NCBI GenBank assembly: GCA_964016885.1
Contig: OZ024740.1
Location: 177,444,001-177,508,000, forward strand
Reading direction: 5' to 3'
Length of the DNA: 64,000 nt
Source: Eledone cirrhosa
Taxonomy: Eukaryota
Shown here: piece after piece, positions 44,866 through 59,334 of the stretch
How positions within the stretch are numbered: the stretch's first letter is position 1
Layout: the number at the start of each line of letters is the position of its first letter
The notes under the pieces: model-generated
Told to the model about the DNA's origin: nothing
Seen by the model: the letters and a program-made list of their open reading frames with translations, nothing else
Databases searched by the model: none
Made by a program: the position numbers and the translations under genes

Positions 44866-46860
44866 ATAGTACCTTACATAGCCATCTTAAAACAAAATAG
44901 ATATATTCTATGGAATTAAATTCTCGACACCGGGAAATGCCAGTGATAATGATAATGTTGTTGTTGATAATGATAATGTTGATTTTGATGATGATGAGTT
45001 GCAGTGATAATGCTCTTGCTTGAGAGAGTGATAACAGTGGCTGTAATGATATTAATGAAAGATGGTGGTCATGTTCACGATATTATTAAGCTCTAGTTCA
45101 CGGAGGGACGAGGTTGCTGAATTAATAAAACGTTACACTAAATGCCTTGCAGTATTTGTTTTGACTCTTTACATTTCTAATTTCTAATTCAACCGAGGTC
45201 AACATTGCCTTTCATCCTTTCGGGGTCGATAAAAAAAATAAAGCACCAGTTAAGTACTGGGGTCAATGTAATGGAAATGTTACAAGTATCATAATGGATA
45301 GGTCTGCCTTGTATATTTTGCAGAAATATGTAAACATTTTGCCAAACAGGAGAAACCTTCACTCCATATACAATAAAGAAATAAATTAATGTTGTACAAT
45401 TACATCATGAAAGGGTAATTTTAGTCATTTAAATAGATACAAAACTTAAATTCACTTTACATTTATGATATATTTGTTGCTCTTAAAATTTTCGCCACAT
45501 TCTTTGCAACTTTGTCGCTGACACAGATTAAGAGTGGACATGTGTCAATGACGAAATTGCAAATGAAGTGGAGAAACCTTTTAAACTATGAAATAAATGA
45601 AAAATGAAGTGAATTTAGTAGTTTTTGTGTTGTTTTGAATGTCTAAAAAGGTTCTTCAACGAGGTAATTCCGTTAGTTTCAAATACATGCCAAAGAAGCA
45701 GAACTCCGAAATGAATTCTTTCTGTTTTCATTTTATCCTGTATAACTTATACATTTAACCTTTTTGTTATTATATTTCTAACAAAAGCTACTGCCTAGGA
45801 TTTGCAAATATGTTTGAAGATGATAAAAATTTGGAGAATTGAACATTATATCTAACATTCTCATTATTTATTCGATGCGTAGAACATAAACTAACGGACG
45901 GTTCTTACAGAAAATTATAATGGCTTTTAGATAATTATGAACACCTTGAAGTAAAGAGTCTTGTATCGTAGGATCAGGGATCGTATAATGTGGTTTTGTA
46001 TCAAAAGGATTAAACCTGTTAGAATCCATCTCTTTCCCATCCTAAAAGCAGGCGATTTCTTCGGAAGAAAAAAGGGTACAATAGCGGGCATAGCAATGTA
46101 TTTCTAAATTGTAAGACTCAGTATATTTCTTAGCACAAACAAACCTCCACAGGTCCCTATGCACTTGTAAACCACCTGTTATACTTTAAAACGTTATTTA
46201 ACTCTGTCATAGTGGCTATCACACTGCTTGTAGTCATGAGCTATTATTCTTGTCATTTTAGGTTCAAAATTCAATGTAGCTGCGGTCCATAGTTGTTGAT
46301 TATGTTGATCAGGCCTCGATAAACCCTGATTAAGAACATTTTTCAGCTGTACTCATTCTATTTCTCCAGTAAACCAAGGACGATATATATCCAGTCATCA
46401 CGTTTTCATGATAGGAGGATGTCTTTTTAGGAAGATACAGCTGTGGGTTATAGCAAGTGAAGCAACTATATAATGGCTCCCTTGGTAGTTCATGTAGCTG
46501 TTCTTGTTAAGACACTTGTCAGCTTTGAACGAAGAGAGATATGCACAAAGGTAATCTGGTGGTGATCATCTTTAGTGTTATGTGCAGGGATCCCAGCATC
46601 ATATTATAAAATATGCTTTTGATTTGAGGGTCATTTCGTTGTTATTTCTAATAGGTTGACCGACCACATAGAAACTCCCAGTTCGGAGTTGGTTATGGTC
46701 GTGTGGTAATAGATCTAATGATTTGTATTTATAGTTCCCTTGTCTGATGGCTAATAACAGATTTTCTCCTTTGCTATTCCTCATTCATTTAATCTCTTCC
46801 TCTTTTCTTCTCTTCATCATCATCATCACCATCACCACTACCACCACCATCATCATCATC

Positions 46861-46891
<31 letters not shown>

Positions 46892-47290
46892 CTATCATCA
46901 TCACCATCATCATCACTGACAACATCAACAACAACAACAACAAAAACAACAATAACCACATGAGCCAACCACAGTCATTTGACTTACTCTCTTTTACTCT
47001 TTTACCTGTTCCAGCCATCCGGCTGAGGCCATGCTGGGGCACCGCCCTTCCTAGAAATGGTAAACAAACCTCCCCCAAAATTCCATGCTATCATCCTCAA
47101 CAGGAAAAACGAACTAGATAATGCAATCCAAAATGTACCATGTCTAAAAATAAGTGGAGATGGTCATGGCTGAAACGCCATTGGTCATAGGTCAGTTCGA
47201 TCATGGCATATTAGGGATTAAACAACAACAACCTCCACAGCAAAAACAATAACGGCAACTACAACAGCATCAGCAACAGCAGCAACAACC

Positions 47291-47611
47291 CAGAGCTGGA
47301 TTTAATGGGAGCAAAGGGGGCAATTGCTCCGTACCCCCTGCAGTGGAGGCTCTTCCAGCAACGGCCGTAGCAATGTATTTGTGCCCTCAGCTGGTCTTTT
47401 TATTTTTAGGATGGTCAGAAATTTTGAATTTTATACCTGTTGGTATAACTTTTCAATTCCAATTACTTGCGCCAAGCGTACTTTGATAGGTAAAGTTTTT
47501 TTTTTTTGGGGGGGGGGGGGGGGGTTGCTGAGTATTCTAACTTTTTTGTGTATAAGGGGTCACCACGAAACCGAAGTACCCCGACGCCCCTAAGGTCTAA
47601 ATCCAACCCTG
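47291..47611. mobile_element. hAT-like MITE
   Basis: TIR cagagctggattta / taaatccaaccctg; 8-bp flanks caacaacc / caataacc. Confidence 0.65.
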
Positions 47612-49624
47612 CAATAACCACCACCACAACAGCAACAGCAAAAACAACAACAATGACATCAACAATATTAGCAGCAACAGCAACAACAATAATAACAACA
47701 ACAATAAATCTACAATGCTGACATAAACACAACTACTAACAACAAGAAAACAACACGAGCCTTGAAGGAGGTTTTCTATGTAGTCATTTGATCAGTTAGA
47801 AATAGCAAGAAAATTTCTTTGTGTAATGTGGATCAACATAGGAAAATTGCTTTTAATCCTAAATCTGCCCGTTTAGGGACTGGTGGTGGGAAACAAAACA
47901 ACAACCACAATAATGATTTCGACTATAGGCAGGGATTTGAACTCAGAACGTAGAGGGATGTAACTATACCGCGAGGCAGGGTGTCCGACGCTTTTTCGAT
48001 TCTGCCAATTCACCTGCCCCCAGCAACAAACACTACTATAATAACAAATATCTCAACCACTATTATCACCACACTCTCCACAATCTCCGCCAACAATGAC
48101 CACTACCGAAAATGCCTTATACTAACGATTTCTAATTTATGCATAAGGACAGCAATTTGAGGGAGGTGTAAATTGATAAAATCAACCCCATACTTTACTG
48201 GTACATTATGTTATGAATCCCTTAAAGAGGAAAGGCATAGTAAACACTGAGGTAGCTGTGACGTGACCATTACTTAAACACCCAGCGCAAAACATATTTA
48301 TTACATACATATATCGTATAAGACACCATATATACCTCTACTATGAATCACGCTATGACAGTGTTACTACTAATTAATACTCCAATATTATCAATGGTTA
48401 ACTATGGATGTGTACATGGTGGGGCTTGCATCCCTTCCATGACGACTGGTGCATCACTGCGGACTTTGAATTCAGATTACAAATATCACAAGGTATCCCC
48501 TCCAGTATTCTACCTAGTCTGCCAGTCTATCACCATTGGCGGGCGGGTGATTTATTTATCGACCTAAAATAGATGAAATTCAAAGTTGATTCTGGGAGGG
48601 TTTCGAGCTCACGAAGCAAAGTACCTGAATAAATACCGCAAGGCATTTTTCCGCCGCTTTAACACTTCTGCTAATTCACCGCCTTTAACAACAATTACGA
48701 CAACAATAAACAACGCCATCATCATCACTATCAATTCAATCAACTGCCATCAGACCAGACCGGACCAGACTTGTCAAATGGAGATGAGACGAAACTAGCA
48801 AGAGTTCCCACCCCAACCCTATCACATACGCGCGCGCTTAAGCCACTAGCCACACATTTCTGAATCCACCTCTACCTCTACCTAAACCATTCTCTATCTC
48901 CCTTTATTTAATTTCTTTTTCTTTTTACCCCTTTATTTTCTTTTTCTTCACAGCTAACTCCTTCCCTTAAATAACAACACACACAAGAGATGTTATCACA
49001 ATTGTATTGTTAATGGCCGAAATTCGACTTGGTCAATACACACATACAGACAAAAGGGGAGGAAAGGGTTTGGTTGACAGCTTTGTGATACCGACACATC
49101 ACAACAAACAATTGAAAATCACGAAGCGAGAAAAGCCTCTATAACAGAAAAGAGGGGGAAGGTCCTATGGTATAAATCTTTTGTCTATATCTGAAAGGCT
49201 ACCGATTTCAAACCTGCGATTGAAAGGCAAAGTTTTTAGCGCTCACCTGAAAAATAAATTCTCGGTGGCAGAGATGTGGTGAGCTGCGTAGGAGAGGGTG
49301 GTTACGGGGTTGCTAGTGGAGAAAAGTAAATGTTTTGTCTCCTCAAACATGTTGACCGTTCACTAGTTCATTCAATTCATTGATTTGATGGTTCTAAGCT
49401 ATTATTTGGAGTAGGTGGTGTGGTATGGGGGTAGTTGGGGGGCTGATGGTGGAGACGGTAATTTAAACAGGCAGAAGAACAAACACGTGCACGCACATGC
49501 TTCAGACGTACACGTGCATTTGTATGAGTATGTAGGTATGTATGTGTGTATGCGTGTATGAATATGTAAATATATTTATATACACTTATACAAACACACA
49601 CACATACACATTTATATATACATT

Positions 49625-49700
<76 letters not shown>

Positions 49701-49727
49701 CATGATATATATATATATACATATACA

Positions 49728-49845
<118 letters not shown>

Positions 49846-49945
49846 TTCAATTGTGAATGTACGTGGCTGTGTGTGTAACTGTTAAGATGTGTGATGGCAT
49901 TCGAGCGTATGTTTATACAGTAGCACTTTTATCTTTTATTATTGT

Positions 49946-50121
49946 CGGCAGTATCGGTAGAGGGTTGGATGCCATGCTTTCTAGCATAGTTACGTCCCTT
50001 TACGGACTGAGTTCAAATCCCGCCGAGGTTAACTTTGCCTTTCATCTTTACGGGGTCGATAAAATAAAGTACCAGTAATGTACAGGTAATTGCTGGCCTT
50101 GTGCCTAAAGTAGAAACAATT
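49946..50121 (+). mobile_element. SINE family S1
   Basis: Matches 10640-10831. Confidence 0.85.
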
Positions 50122-50172
50122 ATTGTACTGATTTTAGATTTATGACTACGGCCGTGCAGCAGCAACATTATC

Positions 50173-50208
<36 letters not shown>

Positions 50209-50209
50209 T

Positions 50210-51030
50210 TCTCGTGTCCCCTTTATTTACGTGTCCCAACGACTTTTTTTAGCCGTTGCTCGCACCAACCGGAGGTATATGGTCTTTAAAGCGAAGAAAT
50301 ACCGATGATGGTTGGAAGATCACTGATGAAGGACTAACTTTATTCATATGTAACCCATTAGCAACCACGCAGCACGTTTATTCTCATATTTACACATATT
50401 TCTTCTCCCGCTGTGACCCGTCTATTTCGTTCTTACTGCTTCCTCTTTCTCTGTATCTTTACCCTCTCTAACAGTCACTATCTCTGTTAGCCTCTTCCTC
50501 ACCCTTCACTCAATCACTCTCTGTTACTACCTCTCCTCCTCCTCCTTCTTCCCGTTTGACCTGTGCGTAATTCTTTTCTTTCGCACCCTTGGTCAGGCAG
50601 GTTCGCTTTTTTTTCTCTTTCTCGTCTACGATTTCACAGAACTTACGTTCACCGAATTCACAGACTAGATTCCTTCTCCTCCCGTTAGACCTGTACGGAA
50701 TTCCTTCCTTGCTCACATTCCAACCAGGTTTGATGGTCTTTATTCTCTCTCGTTCACGATTTCACCGGAAATTTCATGGAAATTTGGGACTTGACTCCTT
50801 CTTCCTCACCTTTCGTTGCTTCACCATCTTTGTTTGTTTACACTCTCGTGTCCCCTTTATTTACGTGTCCCAACGACTTTTTTTAGCCGTTGCTCGCACC
50901 AACCGGAGGTATATGGTCTTTAAAGCGATGAAATACCAATGATGGTTAGAAGATCACTGATGAAGGACTAACTTTATTCATATGTAACCCATTAGCAACC
51001 ACGCAGCACGTTTATTCTCATATTTACACA
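50210..51030. mobile_element. Non-coding element of about 820 bp with 187-bp direct terminal repeats, between (TA)n and (CA)n
   Basis: 50210-50396 and 50844-51030 are near-identical; pyrimidine-rich 447-bp interior. Confidence 0.8.
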
Positions 51031-51038
51031 CACACACA

Positions 51039-51443
<405 letters not shown>

Positions 51444-51463
51444 ACACACACACACACACACTG

Positions 51464-51535
<72 letters not shown>

Positions 51536-51694
51536 GATTTAGATCTATGTGCGATGATTTCGATCTCTCTGCCTACAGCATACTCGATGGATCATTCTGG
51601 GCCAACATATGAGTTAAATTGTTGCAAGGCAACAGTCCCAGAGGCCGCATCCCATGCCGGAAAGGAGAGAAAGATTGATGATTCAACAATATAT

Positions 51695-51952
51695 ATATAG
51701 TTAGAAAGTGAACAACACAAAATATAATTACTCCATTACCAAAGGTTTCTGTATCCATCAGACAGAGATGCTATGGATAACAAATATAACATCTCTGTCT
51801 GATGACCGATCCAGGCGTATATGAATATTGTCTGGGATACAGAAACCTTTGGTAATGGAATAGTTATATTTTGTGTTGTTCACTTTCTAATTAAATAGCT
51901 CTGTTCTATACATAGAGCACTCTTTTTTCCTTTGCTTTTCCTTCGGAATTAC

Positions 51953-51955
<3 letters not shown>
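51695..51955 (+). mobile_element. Foldback cassette with hammerhead (51794-51859)
   Basis: tctgt-CTGATGA-stem II-GAAA-CC-TTT-GG-TA|atgga; the inverted arm 51695-51775 lacks the stem II interior; tail GAGCAC at 51915. Confidence 0.68.
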
Positions 51956-51998
<43 letters not shown>

Positions 51999-52112
51999 AT
52001 ATATATTAACATGTATCAATCTTAACTATAATAAAGGTAGGTCTGCGGAATTGCGCCCAGAATATATTTTTTTACCCCGTTTGTAAAATAAATTGCATTA
52101 CTTTGAATAAAT

Positions 52113-52255
52113 AATTGTTTCTACTATTGGCACAAGGCCACCAATTATCTCAGTGCATTACTGGTACTTTATTTTATCGACCCCGTAAGGATGAAAGGCA
52201 AAGTAAACCTCGGCGGGATTTGAAATCAGACCATAAAGGGGCGTAACTCTATGTG
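52113..52255 (-). mobile_element. SINE family S1, 5' truncated
   Basis: Matches 10640-10831. Confidence 0.8.
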
Positions 52256-53206
52256 CTAAATTTCGTGGCTGTTGATTAAATATATTTTATAGCTTAATCT
52301 TTAAAATTCACTTCTTTAAAATTATCAAATGTCAACACTTCCGGTTAGCGGCCGTTATATTATAACACTTATAATCGCATATATTTCCGTCGATAATTTT
52401 GTCCTAATGCAGTTTATATATAATGTCGTCTTTTTTTAAATATATCATGGATTACTGATTATAGAAGACAGTGTAACATAGGCTTTGTTCAATTTCTGTG
52501 TATATTGTCAATTACGATTTTATTTGATGTATCATATTTACATGCATATATATTTGTGTATAATATCAATATACACACTACACATGCTAGCAGAAAATCA
52601 CCCGAAGGGTGGTTTTTCTGCCAGTACACATAAGTATGTATCTATTTATCTATGTATCTATCTATGTACGTATGTATGTAAGTGTATATATATATATTAA
52701 ATGGCTGCAACTCGATTTCTTGTAATGCCACCGTTTGTTACTTAAGCGTGAGCATCATGGACGTGGTTTTTTTAGTCCTGGTAGCAATACCATGGATCGC
52801 ATCCTGATAGCATTACCAGCAATACCATGCATCGCTAAAAATGTCACATGTCAAGCGATGCCTGTGCTTGAATCTTTTTATATGTGACGTAAGTCTTTGC
52901 ACGGCGCCAATCCCACTCTCTGAACATCGAATGCATTTACCCAAAAAGTAGAACTGTTCCACATCATTGGATGCAAACGAAATCACAGGTTTATATCAGA
53001 GTGACCTTCTACTAGAGAGATGATTTAATGAAGACTAGGAGTCTCTCGCTCCACAAAAAAAAAAAAACTTTATTAGATGGCCCATGACTCTCTTGAGTTC
53101 CTCTGCCCTTTGACGCGTTTTGTTTTTCATTCCTCTGGGTGACCAATGTCCCCCTCCTCACCAAGCAAGCTTGGTGGGGTTGCCGGTTTAGTCGACAACG
53201 ACACGA

Positions 53207-53273
<67 letters not shown>

Positions 53274-53317
53274 CGTGTGTGTGTATAGGGCGGGTAAAAT
53301 TCCCGATATATATATAT

Positions 53318-53639
53318 TAGAAGGTGAGGTTTTTTTACAAAATGAAAAAAAAAACGAGGTGTCCTACACGAGTGAAAGTATAAGGAAAAAAGATGAAATC
53401 GAAAATGCAACTGGAGTCTTTTTTTTTTAAATATATTTATTTGGTTCCTTTACCGGTTTCGTAGTACTTGTGCTTTTCAAAAGTAGGATTGAGATGGAGG
53501 GTTTGTGTTTTTTAAAACGACAAACCCTCCATCTCAATTCTACTTTTGAAAAGCACAAGAACTGCGAAACCGGTAGAGGAACCAAATAAATATATTTAAA
53601 AAAAAAAAGACTAGTTGCATTTTCGATTTCATCTTTTTT

Positions 53640-53644
<5 letters not shown>
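53318..53644 (-). mobile_element. Family-B foldback cassette in (TA)n with two U3-A8 hammerheads (53448-53483 minus, 53543-53578 plus)
   Basis: Inverted arms of about 125 bp centred near 53513, plus a 63-nt tail; homologous to 4642-4836. Confidence 0.75.
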
Positions 53645-53701
<57 letters not shown>

Positions 53702-53899
53702 TATATACAGATACGATGAAAACGGACACAAATCCAGGAAGGGACGTGTATAAGGGCCAAGAATGGTACATAAACACTACTAAAATGTTATGAACAGGAC
53801 AAACACCTCCTTGGTCACCAGCTGTCGAAATGATCTTACAGAGTTTCAACTCCTGTCGACAGTTCTACAGGTTCATTCCTGGTCACAATGTCTAACAAG

Positions 53900-54115
53900 A
53901 TCATCATCATCATCATCATCATCATTTACGTCCGCTTTTCCCTGCCTGCAAGAGCGAGACGTGTCCTATTCAGTACAGCATCTCTCCTCTTGTCACGGTC
54001 CTTCGTCATCTCCTTCGTGAGATTCAGCGATCTGAGGTCCGCTCTCACCACCTTCGCCCATGTTTTTCGTGGTCTTCCTCTACTGCGTCTTCATTCAACT
54101 GGGATTTCTTGGCAC
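53900..54115 (-). mobile_element. RTE LINE extreme 3' end with (GAT)n tail
   Basis: Minus-strand translation RSRGRPRKTWAKVVRADL..KDRD; (ATC)n run at 53900-53925. Confidence 0.65.
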
Positions 54116-54342
54116 TTAATTATGCATTTTCCTGTAATATATTAAATGACGAGGAATGAGACAAAAACAAACGCAAGAACGCAGACAGGAACAATAAAAT
54201 ATACAAAACAATACAAAATTTACCATACACATTGTGATGACTTACAAAGAAGATAAATCCTATGACTGTGAGACCGTTACATGACAGATGGTGGACTTTA
54301 GAATTCAGTGGAATTTAAAGGAACATTAGGTGCAGCACAGTA

Positions 54343-54555
54343 GAGCGGTGGATTGGCACTATCGGTAGAGCGTCGGACAATATGCTTTACGGTATAGAGT
54401 TACGGCCCTTTACGTTCTAAGTTCAAATCCCGCCGAGGTTTTCTTTGCCTTTCAACCTTGCAGGGTCGATAAAATAAAGTACTAGTAACGCATCGATTTA
54501 ATTGACCTTCCCCTCCCCCAAATTTGTTGGCCTTGTGCCTGAACCAGAAACCATT
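54343..54555 (+). mobile_element. SINE family S1, long variant
   Basis: S1 head and core with an extra cgatttaattgacc..cccc segment. Confidence 0.78.
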
Positions 54556-55550
54556 ATGTGCAGCACAGTAATACAGGGGATACAGAGGCGTTTATCAAAC
54601 TCAGACATTCATCAGATTTATTGTAACGTGTCACTAATCTTCAGTGTTTTGTCTGCATCATACCCACTAACCTTAGCATGACGGGTCACCATTCTGCTAA
54701 GAGATGAGCCTCTTCAGTCGAATCTGTCTCTACATTGCATCACAGAAAACAGGAGACAAAACCGCTGCTAAATTTGAGACTATATATATATATATATAGG
54801 CACGTGGCCTCGTGATGTCGTCGCTTCGATTTTTGAACTGTTTTGTGTGCTGTGTTCCTGAACAAAACACTTCATTTGACGTGGCTCTAGCACTCACGCA
54901 CCGGGGTCGATTTAATCGACTTTTCCCTCCCCCAAAATTGAAGGCCTTGTGCCTATATAAGAAACCATTATTTGTTCCAGCACTTTATGTTCTGATTTCA
55001 AATCCTACCGTGGTCAACTTGGCCTTTCGTCCTTCCGGGAGCCGAGGAAATAACATAACAGTTAAGTACTGGGGCTGATGTAATTGAATTTTCCTTCCCC
55101 TCAAGTGTTATTATTCAACTAGTAATATTGAAGGAGTTGAATATCTGAATGAGACAAAACTGATTTCAGATGAAAGTCAAAGTTTGTTATTGTTATTAAT
55201 GTTGTAGTTGGCGGTGATAATGTCTGTTGTGAAGTGTCGGGGAAGGTGATAAAACAAATCAGCATTATTGGATTTCTGTATTTTTTAAATTATATTTTCA
55301 TAAAGTATTCGTTACACTATTAGTAGTGGTAGTTGTTGCTGTTACTGTTAGTGTGTTGTTGCTGTTGTTGTTGTTGCTGCTGCTGTTACTGCTAGTGTGT
55401 TGTTATTGTTCATTTTGCTGTCGTTTCGTACTCGCTAAAGTCTTACACTGATTCACACCGAGCACTCGGCAGCCGCAGCTTTCAGACTTTTATTAAGTCT
55501 AGCTCAAATACTACATAATAAATGTCTGTGTGTACATATAGATGTTTATA

Positions 55551-55667
<117 letters not shown>

Positions 55668-55856
55668 GTATATATATATATGTGTGGAGGGGGGTGGAGC
55701 GCGTGTGTGTGTATGTGTGTGAAGATAAATAGTAATGAATAGAAGTCACTTAAGAATTGCTTTAATAGATTCTTTGACGTTTCTCGGTTTGTCAATGATT
55801 TAACGCTTGATCCCATACCTAGCAAGCACGGATTAACTCGCCAATCTCTCTCTCTC

Positions 55857-55891
<35 letters not shown>

Positions 55892-56599
55892 TCCTCCCTC
55901 TCAGTTTCTCTCCCTTTCTTCCCTATCTGTCTCTCTTTCTATTTACCTCTCTCTTTTATCCCCACTATCTATATTTCTTCCTCTGCCAGTCTTTCTCTCT
56001 GCTTCACTCTCTCACTCACACACCTCCTCATTTCTCCAACCCCGTTCTCCGCCCCTCACGTCTCTAGTTAATATAGATAATCGCCAGTTAGTCAAACAAT
56101 AGAATCGAACAATCGAGCATTGACAATATTTCTATTCATACATTTATTTAATTATTGTATTATTGAATTATTTATATATTTATTATTTATGAATTAAGAG
56201 AGTGGGAGGTGGAGGAGGATAGCGGGAGTTGAAAAGAGGCAGAAAAGAATTTGAAAACTAGTTGGAAGAAAAAATTATAATAGGGGCTGCAGTGGCAGCG
56301 TTGGCAATGGCGATGGTGGTAGCCACAGTAATGATGGGGATAGCTGAGTCGATTGAGGGTTAGATGAAGAGGACCGTGTCGAACCTAATGTACATACATC
56401 TGGGCATATTAATGAGTCTGAAATCCCACCGAGGTTGACTTTGCCTTTCATCCTTACGGGGTCGATAAAATAAAGTACCAGTAATGCACTGGGTAATTGC
56501 TGGCCTTGTGCCTAAACTAGAAACAATTAATGAGTTGATCAAATAAATATATAACAAAGAAACAACGTCTTATTACTACTCCAATTCAGCCCTCTCCGT

Positions 56600-57620
56600 T
56601 TTACCAAACAACAACAACAATAAAAGTTTCCTAATAGGGGCATAACCACTAAGGGACGACTCACGTACCCCATTCCTGAACTACCTGACATTTAGAGAGC
56701 ACCTGAGAAGAGCACCCTCTCCTAAAATCAACCAGCATACAAGTGCATGTTCAGTCTAAGCCCATTCACACAGGCCATTCTTGCAACATTCACCCACCTT
56801 TTAGCAACTAAAGGGGGCAGCACTTCTCTGACCACTGAGGAGATGCCACTGTGCATTACAGCGATCCAACCCTTGAAGAGGGGACAGACCACAGCGGCCT
56901 TGAGGACCGCCTCCAGGTATCGATGGTTGAACCTATCGAAAGATTTCGATAGGTTATCAGATAACTTGATCAGAGCTCCTGCCCACTCGATAATGCATCG
57001 CGTGAGGTGGAGTTTGTATGAACCTGGTCAGTATTGCGAAAGTTTGCGCCTCCCCTACCAAATCCTCGATAACAAGCGCCAACCTCTTCGTTAATACCTT
57101 GGCCAAAATCTAAAACTATGTGTTTAAAATTATAGACCTGAAATGATCTAAAGTATCCTTTTTGTTCTCAACTTTCCTCATCAGCGTTACTACGCCATGG
57201 CTCACAGAACAGGGAATACTCCCGTTCTGCTGCCAATTACAGTAGACCGCTTCGAGGAGATCGGAGAACAAGTGCGGCATTTCTACGTAAAACTCGTAGG
57301 GAAGGCCATCCAAACCGGGTGACTTGCACCTCGTTCAACTGGCCAGGCCATCCCAAATCTCGGATGATGTTATCGACCCTTCGCAGTACTCAGCATCGGA
57401 TGAAGAGTGTCACGGGAGGCCATCGAGGTAGGAGCTGAATTCTGCCACCGTTTCCGACCCTCTGCACTCCCTGAACTGTCGAGCAAAGTGCTGGTGAAAG
57501 GCCGCATACGTCTGTCTGGAATCTTTCAACCCTCGTTCATCTCGGTCCGTCAGAGACTGAATCTTGGTTTTGTTACCACGTTGCGCCTCTGCCACACGGG
57601 TCGATCGAACAGGTTTCGTT
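56600..57620 (-). mobile_element. Decayed L1/Tx1-like LINE RT fragment
   Basis: KSPGLDGLPYEFY..LLEAVY..GSIP.SVSHGVVTLMRK..FRSI; downstream DQ..SFDRFNHRYL-like segment; frameshifted. Confidence 0.72.
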
Positions 57621-57961
57621 CCCTAATAATAAAAATTAGAATAAATTAGAAGAAGAAGAAGAAGACGAAGAAGAAGAAGAAGAAAAAGAATGGTGGTAAC
57701 CATATACTGCATACCGTTAGATTCGTATGCAATTCTTTACGAGATGAATACGTGGAGTATCATATTGCCTACTGCCATACAAACAATGCCAAAACCTGTC
57801 CAGGTGCTCTTAACCTGTCTTCTCTTCAGAAATATGTCTGTATATTTAGGAGTTGGGTAGAGGTGTACATGTACGTGCAGCATACACCTTTACATAACTC
57901 TTAACTATATATTTCTGTATAAACTGCAAACACAAGTACTTATACACAACGTATATATATA

Positions 57962-58206
57962 TATAAATGTAAGCTATCGCCGTATTTTGACTAAAGAAAT
58001 TAAAGAAATTATTTAGCCCGATAGTGGAAAAAGATGAGTATTGACGTACATGTACGTCAATACTCATCTTTTTCCATTTCTCCGAGGGTTCTTAACCCCA
58101 CTATCAGGCTAAATAATTTCTTTAATTTCTTTAGTCACAATACGGCGATAGCTTACATTTATAATAATTTCAAACCCGCTCGCTGTTTCAAAAATATTCT
58201 TACTTA
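57962..58206. repeat. Branched foldback cassette in (TA)n
   Basis: Perfect 52-bp inner palindrome 58025-58076; outer arms 57962-58027 / 58098-58163; tail of about 43 nt. Confidence 0.75.
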
Positions 58207-58585
58207 ATATATATATATATATATATATAAAGAATTAGTATATCTACCAACAGATGTATACTTACGCTAGCAAATACATAGGTTTTGTCTTAGTAACTTT
58301 GTGGTTCAATACAAAGGGATGCAGAACAATGGAGGGAAATTAAAGTAAGTAAGTTAATTACTATAATTTTCTTATTTTACGTCTTTCATATATATATATA
58401 TATATTAGTAAAAGGAAAAGAAAATGCTGACAAATTTTTCCCAGTGAAAAATAGTTTAATTAGGAAGAAGTATAAATTAGTAATAAGTATTGGTTAGTAT
58501 TCAGTATTAGTTTTAAGTTTTTACCGGTTGAGCATTTCTAATGCTTTTCAAAAATAATTTTAGATAGAGCTCTCGTGATGTTTGC

Positions 58586-58641
<56 letters not shown>

Positions 58642-59334
58642 GGTAAAAATACCAAAGGTATAGAATAACCAAAACCGTAGTACAAAGTGGTCATTCCAGG
58701 TACGTACGTTTCGTTAGTCCTGTGGACGAATTTGTTCAACCCGTGCCGAAGAAAATGAAACGGAATATGTTTACTACAAAGGGAAAATACAGAACAATAG
58801 GGAAACAGAGAAGATCCCCAAATCAAGGGCAGATAACCTGAATGGTTTTGGGGCAACAATACGAACAAACGCTAAATTAGCTAACAATTATGAGGGGCTA
58901 GAAGAAAACTGATAGTTTAAGAATGATTTGGGGGAAATATATAAATCAATATTAAGAAGGTCAGTTCTATAAAAGGTACTTAGTAACGTGAGAATATCGC
59001 GAGAAGTACTCTGTACGTCTGTTAAACGTTTTGTTATTAAATGGAAATAAGAAAGTGATATAGAGGAAGAATAGACCCCAGTACTATACTGACTCTTTCT
59101 TATTGACCTCGACTGGATGAAATGTAAAGTTAGCCTCGACAGGATTTGAAATCATAGAGTTGAAAGCCTAAACAAATACCGCAAACCATTCTATCTGACG
59201 TTTAAACAACTCTGTTGGTACATTATGTGTCGGAAAAGTAAACAAGATAAAATAAAAAAATTACCAATTTCCTCTGATGTCCCGACGACCCTCTCGGGAG
59301 TAAGTGGGCAAAGAAGAAGAAGAAACTAACAAAC

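Noticed and set aside
44538-44919. Poly-Ser/Val/Leu ORFs (also 7267-7689 and 46747-47121)
   Set aside because: Trinucleotide microsatellites with no splice or coding evidence.
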